Shown piece by piece: positions 19,180-27,779 of a stretch of 64,000 nt of DNA (positions are counted from its first letter, which is position 1; each line of letters begins with the position of its first letter). The notes beneath the pieces are model-generated. The model saw only the letters and a program-made list of their open reading frames with translations. It searched no databases and had not been told where the DNA came from. Origin of the DNA: Chromatiales bacterium (lineage in GTDB: Bacteria; Pseudomonadota; Gammaproteobacteria; JAJPIJ01); NCBI GenBank assembly GCA_052388435.1, contig JBQTIC010000054.1, positions 2,739-66,738 on the forward strand, given 5' to 3'. Both the position numbers and the translations under genes were made by a program.

Positions 19180-20508
19180 TCAGCCGGTGCTGGCCGCGTG
19201 CGTGGCGTCGGCCTTTTCTCCCTGCTGACTCTCTCGCTCGGTGGTGACCGACAGGCGCTGGATCAGCGTGCGCACGAACACCTTGAGAAAGTGGACCTGG
19301 CAGCTCATGGACAGCTGGTTGATGACGGTGGAGTTGAGCTTGAGCAGCGAGGTCGGTTCGCAGGCGACGATGGTCGCCGTGCGCCGGGTGCGCGTGAGAT
19401 AGCCCATCTCCCCGAAGCAGTCGCCGCGAGCGAGCATGCGCAGATCCCTGCCTCCCTTGCGCACGGTGACAGCACCACCGGCGATGACATAGAACGAGTC
19501 GTCGATCTCGCCCTCGACGATGATTTCCCGGCCAGGCTCAAACTGCAGCCAGGTACCGGCCCGCACCAGCTGCCACAGCTCACTGTCGGGGAAGGTCTGG
19601 AAGAACTCCAGCTTCCGTATCGTTGTGAACAGCTCCTTGACGGCGAGATCCTCCCTGGGTTGCTCGAGGAGATGCTCGAAGGCACGGCTCAGGTCCGCGG
19701 CCAAGTCGAGCGCGGTCAGATACCGCTGGGCCTGGTTCTTGGCCAGCGCCGTGCGCATAATCCGGTCCAGCTTTTTTGGCAGGTCACGCCGGAGCGCGTC
19801 GATGGGTGGCGGCTCGTCGTTCAGGATGCGCTGGATGAGCCGCGAGAAGCTCTCCGCGGCGAACGGGTGCCTGCCGGTCAGCAGTTCGAACATGATAATG
19901 CCAAGGGAAAAGATGTCGGTCTGAGCGGTCAGCGCATCCTCGTTGATCTGCTCCGGGGAGAGATAAAGCGGCGAGCCGACCAGGCCGAGCGGCATGGTGC
20001 CCGTCGCGTCCAGCTTGGTGATATAGGCGATGCTGAAGTCACCGATCTTGACGTCGAGATCCGGGGTGAGCAGGATGTTGCTCGGCTTGATGTCGCGGTG
20101 GATGATACCCTGGCGGTGAGCGTAGTCGAGCGCCTTGGCGCACTTGAAGACGATCTCCACCACCTTCTCTATCGGCAGCAGCGCGTCCGGCTTGCAGCAG
20201 GGTTTGAGCGTGGTCCCGCCTTCGACATATTCCATGACGATGTAGCACTGCTCCTCGACCCCGGCGTCCAGTATGGCGACGATATTGGGGTGGGTGAGCA
20301 GGCCCGCGGTGTGCGCCTCGTTGAAAAACATCTTGCGGTACTGGGCGCCCGAGTGTTCGTCATTGAGCTGTTCGGCATGGGCGACCTTGATGGCGACCTG
20401 GCGGTCGAGATAGGGGTCGTGGCCCAGATACACAGTGCCCATGCTACCCCGGCTTATCTCCCGTAACACCTCGTACTTGCCTAGCTTCTTCGGCGCCGGA
20501 TTGGCCAT
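19180..20508 (-). CDS. Ser/Thr protein kinase with C-terminal cyclic-nucleotide-binding (cNMP) domain
   Basis: Hanks kinase motifs: GSMGTVYLG, VAIK, HRDIKPSNILL, DFSIA, SPLYLSPE. C-terminal CAP-family cNMP-binding fold: FFQTFPDSELWQL...EGEIDDSFYVIAGGAVTV...GDCFGEMGYLTRTRRTATIVA. Confidence 0.85.
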   Translation of the reverse strand: MANPAPKKLGKYEVLREISRGSMGTVYLGHDPYLDRQVAIKVAHAEQLNDEHSGAQYRKMFFNEAHTAGLLTHPNIVAILDAGVEEQCYIVMEYVEGGTTLKPCCKPDALLPIEKVVEIVFKCAKALDYAHRQGIIHRDIKPSNILLTPDLDVKIGDFSIAYITKLDATGTMPLGLVGSPLYLSPEQINEDALTAQTDIFSLGIIMFELLTGRHPFAAESFSRLIQRILNDEPPPIDALRRDLPKKLDRIMRTALAKNQAQRYLTALDLAADLSRAFEHLLEQPREDLAVKELFTTIRKLEFFQTFPDSELWQLVRAGTWLQFEPGREIIVEGEIDDSFYVIAGGAVTVRKGGRDLRMLARGDCFGEMGYLTRTRRTATIVACEPTSLLKLNSTVINQLSMSCQVHFLKVFVRTLIQRLSVTTERESQQGEKADATHAASTG

Positions 20509-20774
20509 TGGTCCAGTCTTATCGAAACGTGGAGGGTATCGCGTTGAAGGCGAGTATTTAATGCTAGCCTGAAAGGGCTGGCTACGACAGGCAAATGATA
20601 TGTTTTACAGCATAGCTCACGGTTGTGCAGGTGCAGCATGTGTAGCCCATGATAGTTTGGTTCGGCGGTACGGCCTTCGGTTGTGATCCGTCTTTTTGGG
20701 TGCCAAACTACGTCTAGCTGTTAACCAGAACCTATACGCAACGCGTGAAGTGGACGCGCGGGAGGCAGGCCACT

Positions 20775-21212
20775 ATGGTGACGGTACAACAGGTGTTGCA
20801 CGACAAAGGTTACGGTGTCTGGTCCATCGGCCCGGAAGCAACCGTGTACGAAGCCGTGGCGCTCATGGCGGAGAAAGGGATTGGGGCTCTGCCGGTAGTG
20901 GACTGGAGCAATCGTCTCGTCGGCATCATTTCAGAGCGGGATTACACCCGGAAGATCGTCCTCAACAACCGCTTGTCGCGGGAAACGAAGGTGCGCGAGA
21001 TCATGACTGAAAAGGTCATCAACGTCGCGCCCGACGACATCATCGACGAGTGCATGGTGCTGATGTCGGAGAACAGAATCCGCCACCTGCCCGTGGTCGA
21101 TGGTGACCGGGTCGTCGGCATGCTCTCCACCAAGGATGTGTTCAAGATCATGATCGCGGAAAAGCAGACTCTCATCGAACAACTGGAACACTACATTACC
21201 GGGACGGGCTGA
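20775..21212 (+). CDS. CBS-pair domain protein
   Basis: Two CBS motifs: VYEAVALMAEKGIGALPVVD... and ...IIDECMVLMSENRIRHLPVVDGDRVVGMLSTKDV. ATG 20775 with GGGAGG RBS chosen over GTG 20745. Confidence 0.75.
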   Translation: MVTVQQVLHDKGYGVWSIGPEATVYEAVALMAEKGIGALPVVDWSNRLVGIISERDYTRKIVLNNRLSRETKVREIMTEKVINVAPDDIIDECMVLMSENRIRHLPVVDGDRVVGMLSTKDVFKIMIAEKQTLIEQLEHYITGTG

Positions 21213-21254
21213 AGGAGTCCGTCCCTCCGTCCGGAGGTGCGAACGCTCCCCGGT

Positions 21255-22301
21255 ATGCGCTCCTTCCTAGGCACTCTCGCCGTCGTCGTGCTCGTCGTTG
21301 CAGGAGTTTACTTGTACCTGCAGCAGGGGCCGCAGCGGGCCGAAACCAGTCCCGAGCAGGTCGCGGATGCCCACCCGGCGGTGCAGGACCAGTCCGCTGC
21401 CGCTGAGGAGAAACTGGAGCAGGAGGCTCGCGACTACATCCGCGACATCACCACGCTGCAGCAGCAGCCGCTCTCGGCGCAGAACGCGGACAACTTCGTG
21501 CAGCGTGATCAGACTATCCGGCTGCTTCCCGAAACCAAAGTGGAGGAAGTCACGCCCAGGCAGCTTCTCGCCGACCCGAACCTCGAGCCGGACACGCCGC
21601 TGACCGTGATTAAGGAAGTGGAGCAGATCGAGATCGTGACCCCAGACACTCTGCGCGAGAGGAACCCCAGCGACCCAGATCAGCCCATCAAGGTGCTGGA
21701 GGGGGACCTGATCAAGGAGACCACGGTCGGCGAGGTGCTCGACCAGCATGGCGCGGCCGGTGATGCGCCGATTACGCTCGTCAAGGAGGTGGAGGAGGTG
21801 CGGGCGATGACGGCCAGGGAGATCCAGCAGGACCCGTCGCTGGCCGCTGACGAGAAGATCAAGATCGTGCGCGGCCGCCAGCGGCTCGATGAGGCCACCG
21901 TGGCTGAGCTGATGCCCAGTCAGGAGGGCAGCGACGCGGATGCCATCTATTACATTCGCACCGTGAAAGCCACCGACAAGCAGGGTATCTGGGGCATCAT
22001 CCAGTATGGCCTCGTCGACAACTTTGCCACCGGCATCGCCATTCGTCGCGGCGAGGACATCGACACCTACCGCGTCGACATCCCCCGGGACGCCGATGAG
22101 ATGGTCAACGGGCAAACCAGCTCATTCCTTGGCAAGATGATCCATGCCAAGTCGAGCGACACCTACGTCTACAACTTTGAGAAGGGGCGCATGGGTCACA
22201 ATCCGAACATGATCCGCCCCGGCCAGGAACTCCTCATCATCCGCTTCTCAGCCGAAGAGCTTGTCGCGATCTATAAGCACTTCGTCAACAGCCGCGCCTA
22301 G
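21255..22301 (+). CDS. hypothetical membrane-anchored acidic repeat protein (possible LysM-like C-terminus)
   Basis: N-terminal TM (FLGTLAVVVLVVAGVYLYL). Four ~20-aa repeats (P.T.LTVIKEVEQIEIV / PIKVLEGDLIKETTV / PITLVKEVEEVRAMT / KIKIVRGRQRLDEAT). C-terminus ...NPNMIRPGQELLII resembles the distal half of a LysM motif. Start ATG 21255 or GTG 21237. Confidence 0.5.
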   Translation: MRSFLGTLAVVVLVVAGVYLYLQQGPQRAETSPEQVADAHPAVQDQSAAAEEKLEQEARDYIRDITTLQQQPLSAQNADNFVQRDQTIRLLPETKVEEVTPRQLLADPNLEPDTPLTVIKEVEQIEIVTPDTLRERNPSDPDQPIKVLEGDLIKETTVGEVLDQHGAAGDAPITLVKEVEEVRAMTAREIQQDPSLAADEKIKIVRGRQRLDEATVAELMPSQEGSDADAIYYIRTVKATDKQGIWGIIQYGLVDNFATGIAIRRGEDIDTYRVDIPRDADEMVNGQTSSFLGKMIHAKSSDTYVYNFEKGRMGHNPNMIRPGQELLIIRFSAEELVAIYKHFVNSRA

Positions 22302-22353
22302 GAATCTGGCGCACTTAAGCCGCCACCAGAACCACTCCGGCGGGACCAACCTC

Positions 22354-24006
22354 ATGGACATCACCACCAGCCAGGCGTGGCAGCGGCTCGGCGAACACCA
22401 TGATCGCGTGGTCGGTCTGCACATGCGTGAACTGTTCGGATCGGATCCAGAGCGGTACGGGCGCTTCGCTCTGGAGTGCGACGATCTGTTCCTCGACTAC
22501 TCCAAGAACCGCATCGTCCCCGAGACCATGGAACGGCTGCTCGCGCTTGCGCGTGCGGCAGAGGTCGAGGCGGCGCGCGAAGCGATGTTTGCGGGCGACA
22601 CGATCAACCACACCGAGCACCGCGCCGCCCTGCATACGGCGCTACGCAACTTTGGCGACAAGGCGGTACATGTCGACGGCGAGGATGTGATGCCAAGGGT
22701 ACGCGGCGTGCTGGCCCGCATGCGCACGCTAGTTGAGACTGTCACCAGCGGTCAGTGGCGCGGCCATAATGGCGCACGCATCACCGACGTGGTGAACATC
22801 GGGATCGGCGGGTCGCACCTTGGGCCGTTCATGGCCAGCGAGGCGTTGCGTCCCCATCATCAGGCCGGCCTGAGGGTGCACTACGTCTCCAATGCCGACC
22901 CCAGTGACATTGCTCTCACGCTTGCGGGACTGGACCCGGCCTCCACCCTCTTCATCGTTGTCTCCAAGACGTTCACGACGCTGGAGACATCGGCGAACGC
23001 CGCCGTGGCGAAGGCGTGGTTGATGCAACGCTTCGGGGAAGAGCGCGCTATCGCGGATCATGTGGTCGCTGTGTCGAGCGACCTGGAGGCGGCGCGCGCA
23101 TTCGGGGTCGGCACCGCCAACGTGCTGGAGATGTGGGACTGGGTTGGGGGCCGTTACTCGCTGTGGTCCGCCGTCGGCCTTTCCACCGCCTTAGCCGTCG
23201 GAATGGATGCATTCCTCGATCTGCTCAGGGGGGGCTGGCAGATGGACAATCACTTCCGTTCCGCGCCGCTTGAGACCAACCTGCCCATCATCCTCGGTCT
23301 GCTGGGCGTGTGGTATCACAACTTCTTCGGCGCGGAGAGCCACTGTGTCGTGCCGTACGAGGAGTTGCTGAAGCACCTGCCCGCGCATCTGCAGCAGCTC
23401 GACATGGAGAGCAATGGCAAGCGGGCGCAACGCGATGGCCATCTACTGCCGGTCACCACGGCCCCCGTGATCTGGGGCGGCACCGGCACGAACACCCAGC
23501 ACGCCTTCTTTCAGTTGTTGCACCAGGGGGGACGCGTCATTCCCGTCGATTTCCTGCTCGGACTGGCGAGTCCGTGCCCGCTCGGCGAGCAGCACGACCT
23601 GCTGGGGGCAAACTGTTTCGCGCAGTCGGAGGCGCTCATGCGCGGACGCACGCTCGAAGAGACCGCTGCCGAAATGCTTAAGGCGGGTATGGCATCAGAC
23701 CGCGTCCGCTTGCTCGCCCCCCATCGCGTCTTCCCCGGGAACAACCCCAGCAACACGCTGCTCTACTCCAAGCTCACGCCGCGAGTGCTCGGCCAGCTCA
23801 TTGCCCTCTACGAACACAAGGTCTTCGTTCAGGGCGTCATCTGGGGTGTCAATTCCTTCGACCAGTGGGGTGTGGAGCTTGGCAAGCAACTGGCGACGAC
23901 CATACTCGGCGAGTTTCGTGGCGACAATGCACCGGCACACGACGCGTCGACGAGCGGCCTGATCGCGCGTTTTCGGGGCCGCCCCCGCCAGGGAACCACT
24001 GATTAA
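22354..24006 (+). CDS. pgi: glucose-6-phosphate isomerase
   Basis: 550 aa. Motifs NIGIGGSHLGP, VSKTFTTLET, VGGRYSLWSAVG, LDMESNGK, GTNTQHAFFQLLHQGG are PGI signatures. Start ATG 22354 (MDITTSQAW). Confidence 0.9.
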   Translation: MDITTSQAWQRLGEHHDRVVGLHMRELFGSDPERYGRFALECDDLFLDYSKNRIVPETMERLLALARAAEVEAAREAMFAGDTINHTEHRAALHTALRNFGDKAVHVDGEDVMPRVRGVLARMRTLVETVTSGQWRGHNGARITDVVNIGIGGSHLGPFMASEALRPHHQAGLRVHYVSNADPSDIALTLAGLDPASTLFIVVSKTFTTLETSANAAVAKAWLMQRFGEERAIADHVVAVSSDLEAARAFGVGTANVLEMWDWVGGRYSLWSAVGLSTALAVGMDAFLDLLRGGWQMDNHFRSAPLETNLPIILGLLGVWYHNFFGAESHCVVPYEELLKHLPAHLQQLDMESNGKRAQRDGHLLPVTTAPVIWGGTGTNTQHAFFQLLHQGGRVIPVDFLLGLASPCPLGEQHDLLGANCFAQSEALMRGRTLEETAAEMLKAGMASDRVRLLAPHRVFPGNNPSNTLLYSKLTPRVLGQLIALYEHKVFVQGVIWGVNSFDQWGVELGKQLATTILGEFRGDNAPAHDASTSGLIARFRGRPRQGTTD

Positions 24007-24100
24007 ACCGCAGCCGACGCGGAGCGGCAGTTCGTCTGTGCAGGATGATCAGCATCGCGCCAGGCCATGATGTCGCGGCTACGGCGGATCCGCAAAGACA

Positions 24101-25420
24101 CTATGCGTTGTTCACAACCTTTGCCGTCGTCGTCGACAAGCGCTCGATCAGGATCCGCAGGAACACCTTGCAGAACCGTAACTGGCAGTCCTTCGACACC
24201 TGCTCGATGAGCGTGGAATTGACCTTCATGAGCGTGACCGGCGCGCTCGCCACGATGGTGGCTGTGCGGCGCAGGCGACTGATGTATCCCATCTCGCCGA
24301 AACAGTCACCGGGCTTGAGCAGGCCGACGATGACGCCGCCCTTCTTCACCGTGACCGAGCCGTTGATGAGTATGTAGAAGGAATCGTCTATCTCACCTTC
24401 GACGATGATCTCATCGCCCTGGTCGTACTGCTCCCAGACGCTGGCGCGGATGATCTCCCAAACCTCGGCGTCTGGAAAGCCGCGGAAGAAATCCAGCTGC
24501 TTGACACTCAGGAACTTCTCTTTGGCCGAAAGGTCCTCCTGCGGGCGTTCGAGCTGGCTGAAGGATGTGCTGAGGTCGGAGGCGAGCTCGATGCCCATCT
24601 TGTAACGGTACTGCGGGTCCTTGGCCAGGCAGCGGTTGACAATCCGCGCGATGCTTTCCGGCAGATCCACCCGTACCTCGTGTATCGGGATCGGCTCTTC
24701 GTTCACCACGCGGTAGACCAGATTGGAGAACGATTCGCCTCCGAAAGGATGGCGGCCCGTAAGCAGCTCGTACATCACCACGCCGAGCGAAAACAGGTCG
24801 GTCTGGCTGGTGATGCTCTCCTCCTGGATCTGCTCCGGAGACATGTAGCGCGGTGAACCCACAAAACCCATTGGCAGTGTCTTGGAGGCGTCGCGGCGCG
24901 TCACATAGGCGATGCTGAAATCTCCAATCTTGAGGTCCTTGTCGTGCGTCAGCAACATGTTGGAGGGCTTGATGTCGCGATGGATCACGCCCTGCCGGTG
25001 GGCGTAGTCGAGGGCCTTGGCGCACTTGAAGACGATCTCCACCACCTTGTGCACGGGCAGCAGGTTGTCGGCGCGGACGTAGGACTTAAGCGTGTCGCCG
25101 CCCTCGACGAGCTCCATGACGATGTAACAGGTCTCGCCCTCCACCCCGGCGTCGAAGATGTCGAGGATGTTCGGGTGGCGCAGCATGCCGGCCGTGTGCG
25201 CCTCATTGAAGAACATCCGGCGGTAGGACTCACCGGATTCCTGGTCCCGCAGCGCTTCGGCAAGGGCGACCTTGATGGCCACGGGGCGCGCAACGAAGGG
25301 ATCGTAGCCCCGGTACACCGCGCCCATGCTGCCGCGGGCTATGGCCTTGATGACGTCGTACTTGCCGAGCTTGCTTGGCGTGGCGTCCGGCGCCAGGGGT
25401 GCGTAGAGGGCGGTGTTCAT
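24101..25420 (-). CDS. Ser/Thr protein kinase with C-terminal cNMP-binding domain (paralog of 19180-20508)
   Basis: ~60% identical to the first kinase along its length: GSMGAVYRG, VAIK, HRDIKPSNMLL, DFSIA, SPRYMSPE, then FFRGFPDAEVWEI...EGEIDDSFYILINGSVTV...GDCFGEMGYISRLRRTATIVA. Start set at ATG 25420; the ORF-track extension to 25543 runs into the MITE-like repeat. Confidence 0.85.
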   Translation of the reverse strand: MNTALYAPLAPDATPSKLGKYDVIKAIARGSMGAVYRGYDPFVARPVAIKVALAEALRDQESGESYRRMFFNEAHTAGMLRHPNILDIFDAGVEGETCYIVMELVEGGDTLKSYVRADNLLPVHKVVEIVFKCAKALDYAHRQGVIHRDIKPSNMLLTHDKDLKIGDFSIAYVTRRDASKTLPMGFVGSPRYMSPEQIQEESITSQTDLFSLGVVMYELLTGRHPFGGESFSNLVYRVVNEEPIPIHEVRVDLPESIARIVNRCLAKDPQYRYKMGIELASDLSTSFSQLERPQEDLSAKEKFLSVKQLDFFRGFPDAEVWEIIRASVWEQYDQGDEIIVEGEIDDSFYILINGSVTVKKGGVIVGLLKPGDCFGEMGYISRLRRTATIVASAPVTLMKVNSTLIEQVSKDCQLRFCKVFLRILIERLSTTTAKVVNNA

Positions 25421-25458
25421 GGGCTTGTACTGCCTAATGTTACTGAAACAGCGCCGCT

Positions 25459-25616
25459 TTAGGGAAGCTCTGAATAAGCCCATCCTGGACTTTTCAGAGC
25501 ACGCAAAGCAAAAAGCGTGGTTTTTGCTTTGCTTCATCTTCAACGGCTTGCAGCCTTCGAAGATGGCGGCACATCCCTGTGCCGCAGGAACCTCTGACTT
25601 AATCAGAGGTTCCTTA
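25459..25616. repeat. 158-bp MITE-like repeat, copy A
   Basis: 99% identical (2 mismatches) to 47642-47799. Imperfect terminal inverted repeats (TTAGGGAAGCTCTGAATAAGC vs ...GACTTAATCAGAGGTTCCTTA). Internal perfect palindrome GGAACCTCTGA-cttaa-TCAGAGGTTCC and an AT-rich hairpin AAGCAAAAA-gcgtgg-TTTTTGCTT. GC content well below the flanks. Confidence 0.65.
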
Positions 25617-25760
25617 GGTAGAGAACCGGATCACCGGTCACCGCCGGCGAGCCGCGAAACTGCGGCCGGGGGTGACCGGCGCGCACTTTCGCGCAGAAAC
25701 ACACGCGGGGCTCCCCTGCCGCAACAGGCGTATAATTCGGGCATTCAAGTGCTTGCGCTA

Positions 25761-26408
25761 ATGACCGACCACCATTCGACGCTGTCTCGTTTCAAAGTCG
25801 CCGCGGCGGCGGTCGTGGTGTTGGTGGTAGTGGCCCTTGCTGCTTATCTGCGGCACCCCATGGAATCCGCCCGGACCAGGCTGCCGGCTGCGGTTCCCGG
25901 GCTGCTCTGGCCCGCCGCCAAGACACTGCACGGGATCGCGCTGACGGATCATCGCAACCAGCCGTTCGACGACGAAAAACTCAAGGGGAAATGGTCGCTG
26001 CTCTTCTTCGGCTATACCCACTGTCCCGATGTCTGTCCGAACACGCTGCAGATGCTGAACCAAGTGGTACCGAAGCTGCCGGCGGACACGCAGGTGGTCT
26101 TCGTCTCGGTCGACCCGCAGCGTGATACTCCTGAACGACTCGCCGAATACATCTCCTATTTTCACCCTGACTTTCTCGGCGTGGGCGGGTCCCGGGAGGC
26201 TGTGAATGCACTGACCGCACAGATCGGAGTCGTGAATATCAGGAATGCCGAGAGTGACACCGGCCAGTACACTGTCGACCACACGGTGTCGCTGTTCCTC
26301 GTCGATCCTGAGCTGCGTCTGGTCGGCCTGTTCTCCCCGCCGTTGGCAGCCGGGGCGTTGGAGCGCCGGTACCGGCAGGTCCGCGAGTTGGTGGAGAGAG
26401 AGGGTTGA
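25761..26408 (+). CDS. SCO1/SenC copper chaperone (thioredoxin-fold)
   Basis: N-terminal TM anchor, then WSLLFFGYTHCPDVCPNTL (CxxxC copper site) and ...DHTVSLFLVDP. ORF-track start 25413 lies inside the repeat; ATG 25761 (MTDHHSTLSRFKVAAAAVVVLVVVAL) is preferred. Confidence 0.8.
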   Translation: MTDHHSTLSRFKVAAAAVVVLVVVALAAYLRHPMESARTRLPAAVPGLLWPAAKTLHGIALTDHRNQPFDDEKLKGKWSLLFFGYTHCPDVCPNTLQMLNQVVPKLPADTQVVFVSVDPQRDTPERLAEYISYFHPDFLGVGGSREAVNALTAQIGVVNIRNAESDTGQYTVDHTVSLFLVDPELRLVGLFSPPLAAGALERRYRQVRELVEREG

Positions 26409-26857
26409 TGGGATTGCGTCGCTACCGCAGGCTGCTCGCGGTCGCGGCCGGGCTGCTTATGGCAATGCCGGCATGGGCGACGGAGGTCCTGCGCGTCACC
26501 GAGGCGTGGATCCAGGAGGGACCACCTTCCGTACCGGTCCTCGCCGGCTACCTGACGCTGGAAAACACAACCAACCAGGAGGTCCGCGTTACACGGGTAA
26601 CCAGCGAGATCGCCGAACGCGTCGAGATCCATCGCACCGAGATCACCGACACCACTGCGACGATGCGGCGGATCCCGGAGCTGACGCTCATGCCCCGGGC
26701 CAAGCTCGCGTTCGCCTCGGGGGGCTACCACCTCATGATCTTCGGCGTCGGGAAACCGCCCGGCGCGGGCGACAGAGTCAATCTGGAGTTGCAGCTAGGG
26801 TCTGGCGACAAGGTCAAGGCCAGGGCCGAGGTCCGCCGCGTCTCTGCGGCGCCGTAA
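26405..26857 (+). CDS. copper chaperone PCu(A)C (DUF461)
   Basis: Signal peptide, H-x-M-rich beta-sandwich (ASGGYHLMIFG). Start overlaps SCO1 stop (ATGA). SCO1-PCuAC is a well-known cytochrome-oxidase CuA assembly pair. Confidence 0.8.
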   Translation: MMGLRRYRRLLAVAAGLLMAMPAWATEVLRVTEAWIQEGPPSVPVLAGYLTLENTTNQEVRVTRVTSEIAERVEIHRTEITDTTATMRRIPELTLMPRAKLAFASGGYHLMIFGVGKPPGAGDRVNLELQLGSGDKVKARAEVRRVSAAP

Positions 26858-26870
26858 TCAGGGCGACAAG

Positions 26871-27779
26871 GTGAACGAGCGGGCGCCCGACACCGCTCCT
26901 GCGGGAGCGACCTGGACCGATCGCCTGCAGACCTGGCCGCAATATCTGCTGCCCCAGCGCCTCCTCTCGCGCATCATCCATGCGGCGACACGCAGCCGGA
27001 CGTGGAAGGATCTGCTCATCCGCCGCTTCGCCCGGCACTACGGAGTCGACATGGATGAGGCCCTGGAGCCCGACCTCGGTCGCTACGCGCATTTCAACGA
27101 CTTCTTCACCCGCGCGCTGCGTCCCGGCGTCCGTGCCTTTCCCCAGTCAGGCGATGTCGTGGCAAGTCCGGTCGATGGCTATATTAGCCAGATCGGTTAC
27201 CTCCATGCAGACCTGCTAATCCAGGCCAAGGGCCGTCATTACACGCTTTCGGCGCTGCTCGGCGGGGAGCGCGCGCTGGCGGCACAGTTTCAGTCCGGCG
27301 CCTACGCCACGCTCTATCTGTCCCCGCGCGATTACCATCGCGTGCACATGCCGGTGGACGGAACGCTGCGAGAAATGATCTACGTCCCCGGCAAGCTGTT
27401 TGCCGTTAACCCCCGCACCACGCGCGTCATAAACAATCTGTTCGCGCGCAATGAGCGGCTGATCTGCCTGTTTGATTCCGCTGCGGGTCCACTGGCAGTA
27501 CTGCTGGTCGGCGCGATCTTCGTCAGCAGCATGGAGACCGTCTGGGAGGGCGTAATCGGGCCAGGCGGCCGACAGACATGCCGGCGATGGGATTACGGGG
27601 CATCGGCGCACGCATTCAGACGCGGGGCGGAGATCGCCCGCTTCAACATGGGCTCTACTGTCATCCTGCTGTTCGGCAGGGACCGGGTTCGCTGGGATGC
27701 CGTGTGGCCGCCCGGCATGGCGCTGCGCCTCGGCATGCCTCTGGGGAGGCTGCACAATCAGAGCGTACGACCAGGCTAG
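26871..27779 (+). CDS. psd: phosphatidylserine decarboxylase proenzyme
   Basis: Collinear with E. coli Psd: ...YHRVHMPVDGTLREMIYVPGKLF...RFNMGSTVILLF (LGST-type autocleavage site). GTG start at 26871. Confidence 0.9.
   Translation: MNERAPDTAPAGATWTDRLQTWPQYLLPQRLLSRIIHAATRSRTWKDLLIRRFARHYGVDMDEALEPDLGRYAHFNDFFTRALRPGVRAFPQSGDVVASPVDGYISQIGYLHADLLIQAKGRHYTLSALLGGERALAAQFQSGAYATLYLSPRDYHRVHMPVDGTLREMIYVPGKLFAVNPRTTRVINNLFARNERLICLFDSAAGPLAVLLVGAIFVSSMETVWEGVIGPGGRQTCRRWDYGASAHAFRRGAEIARFNMGSTVILLFGRDRVRWDAVWPPGMALRLGMPLGRLHNQSVRPG

Noticed and set aside
19198-20466. 422-aa plus-strand ORF
   Set aside because: Lies entirely antisense to the Ser/Thr kinase gene. Low-complexity Arg/Gly/Asp-rich translation typical of high-GC antisense frames.
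21267-22115. 282-aa minus-strand ORF
   Set aside because: Antisense to the acidic repeat protein gene. High-GC shadow frame.
25421-25760. N-terminal extensions of kinase paralog (to 25543) and SCO1 (from 25413)
   Set aside because: Both extensions read through the low-GC 158-bp MITE-like repeat. The same peptide (MKMKQ.KNHAFCFACSEKSRMGLFRASL) appears where the second repeat copy is clearly intergenic.
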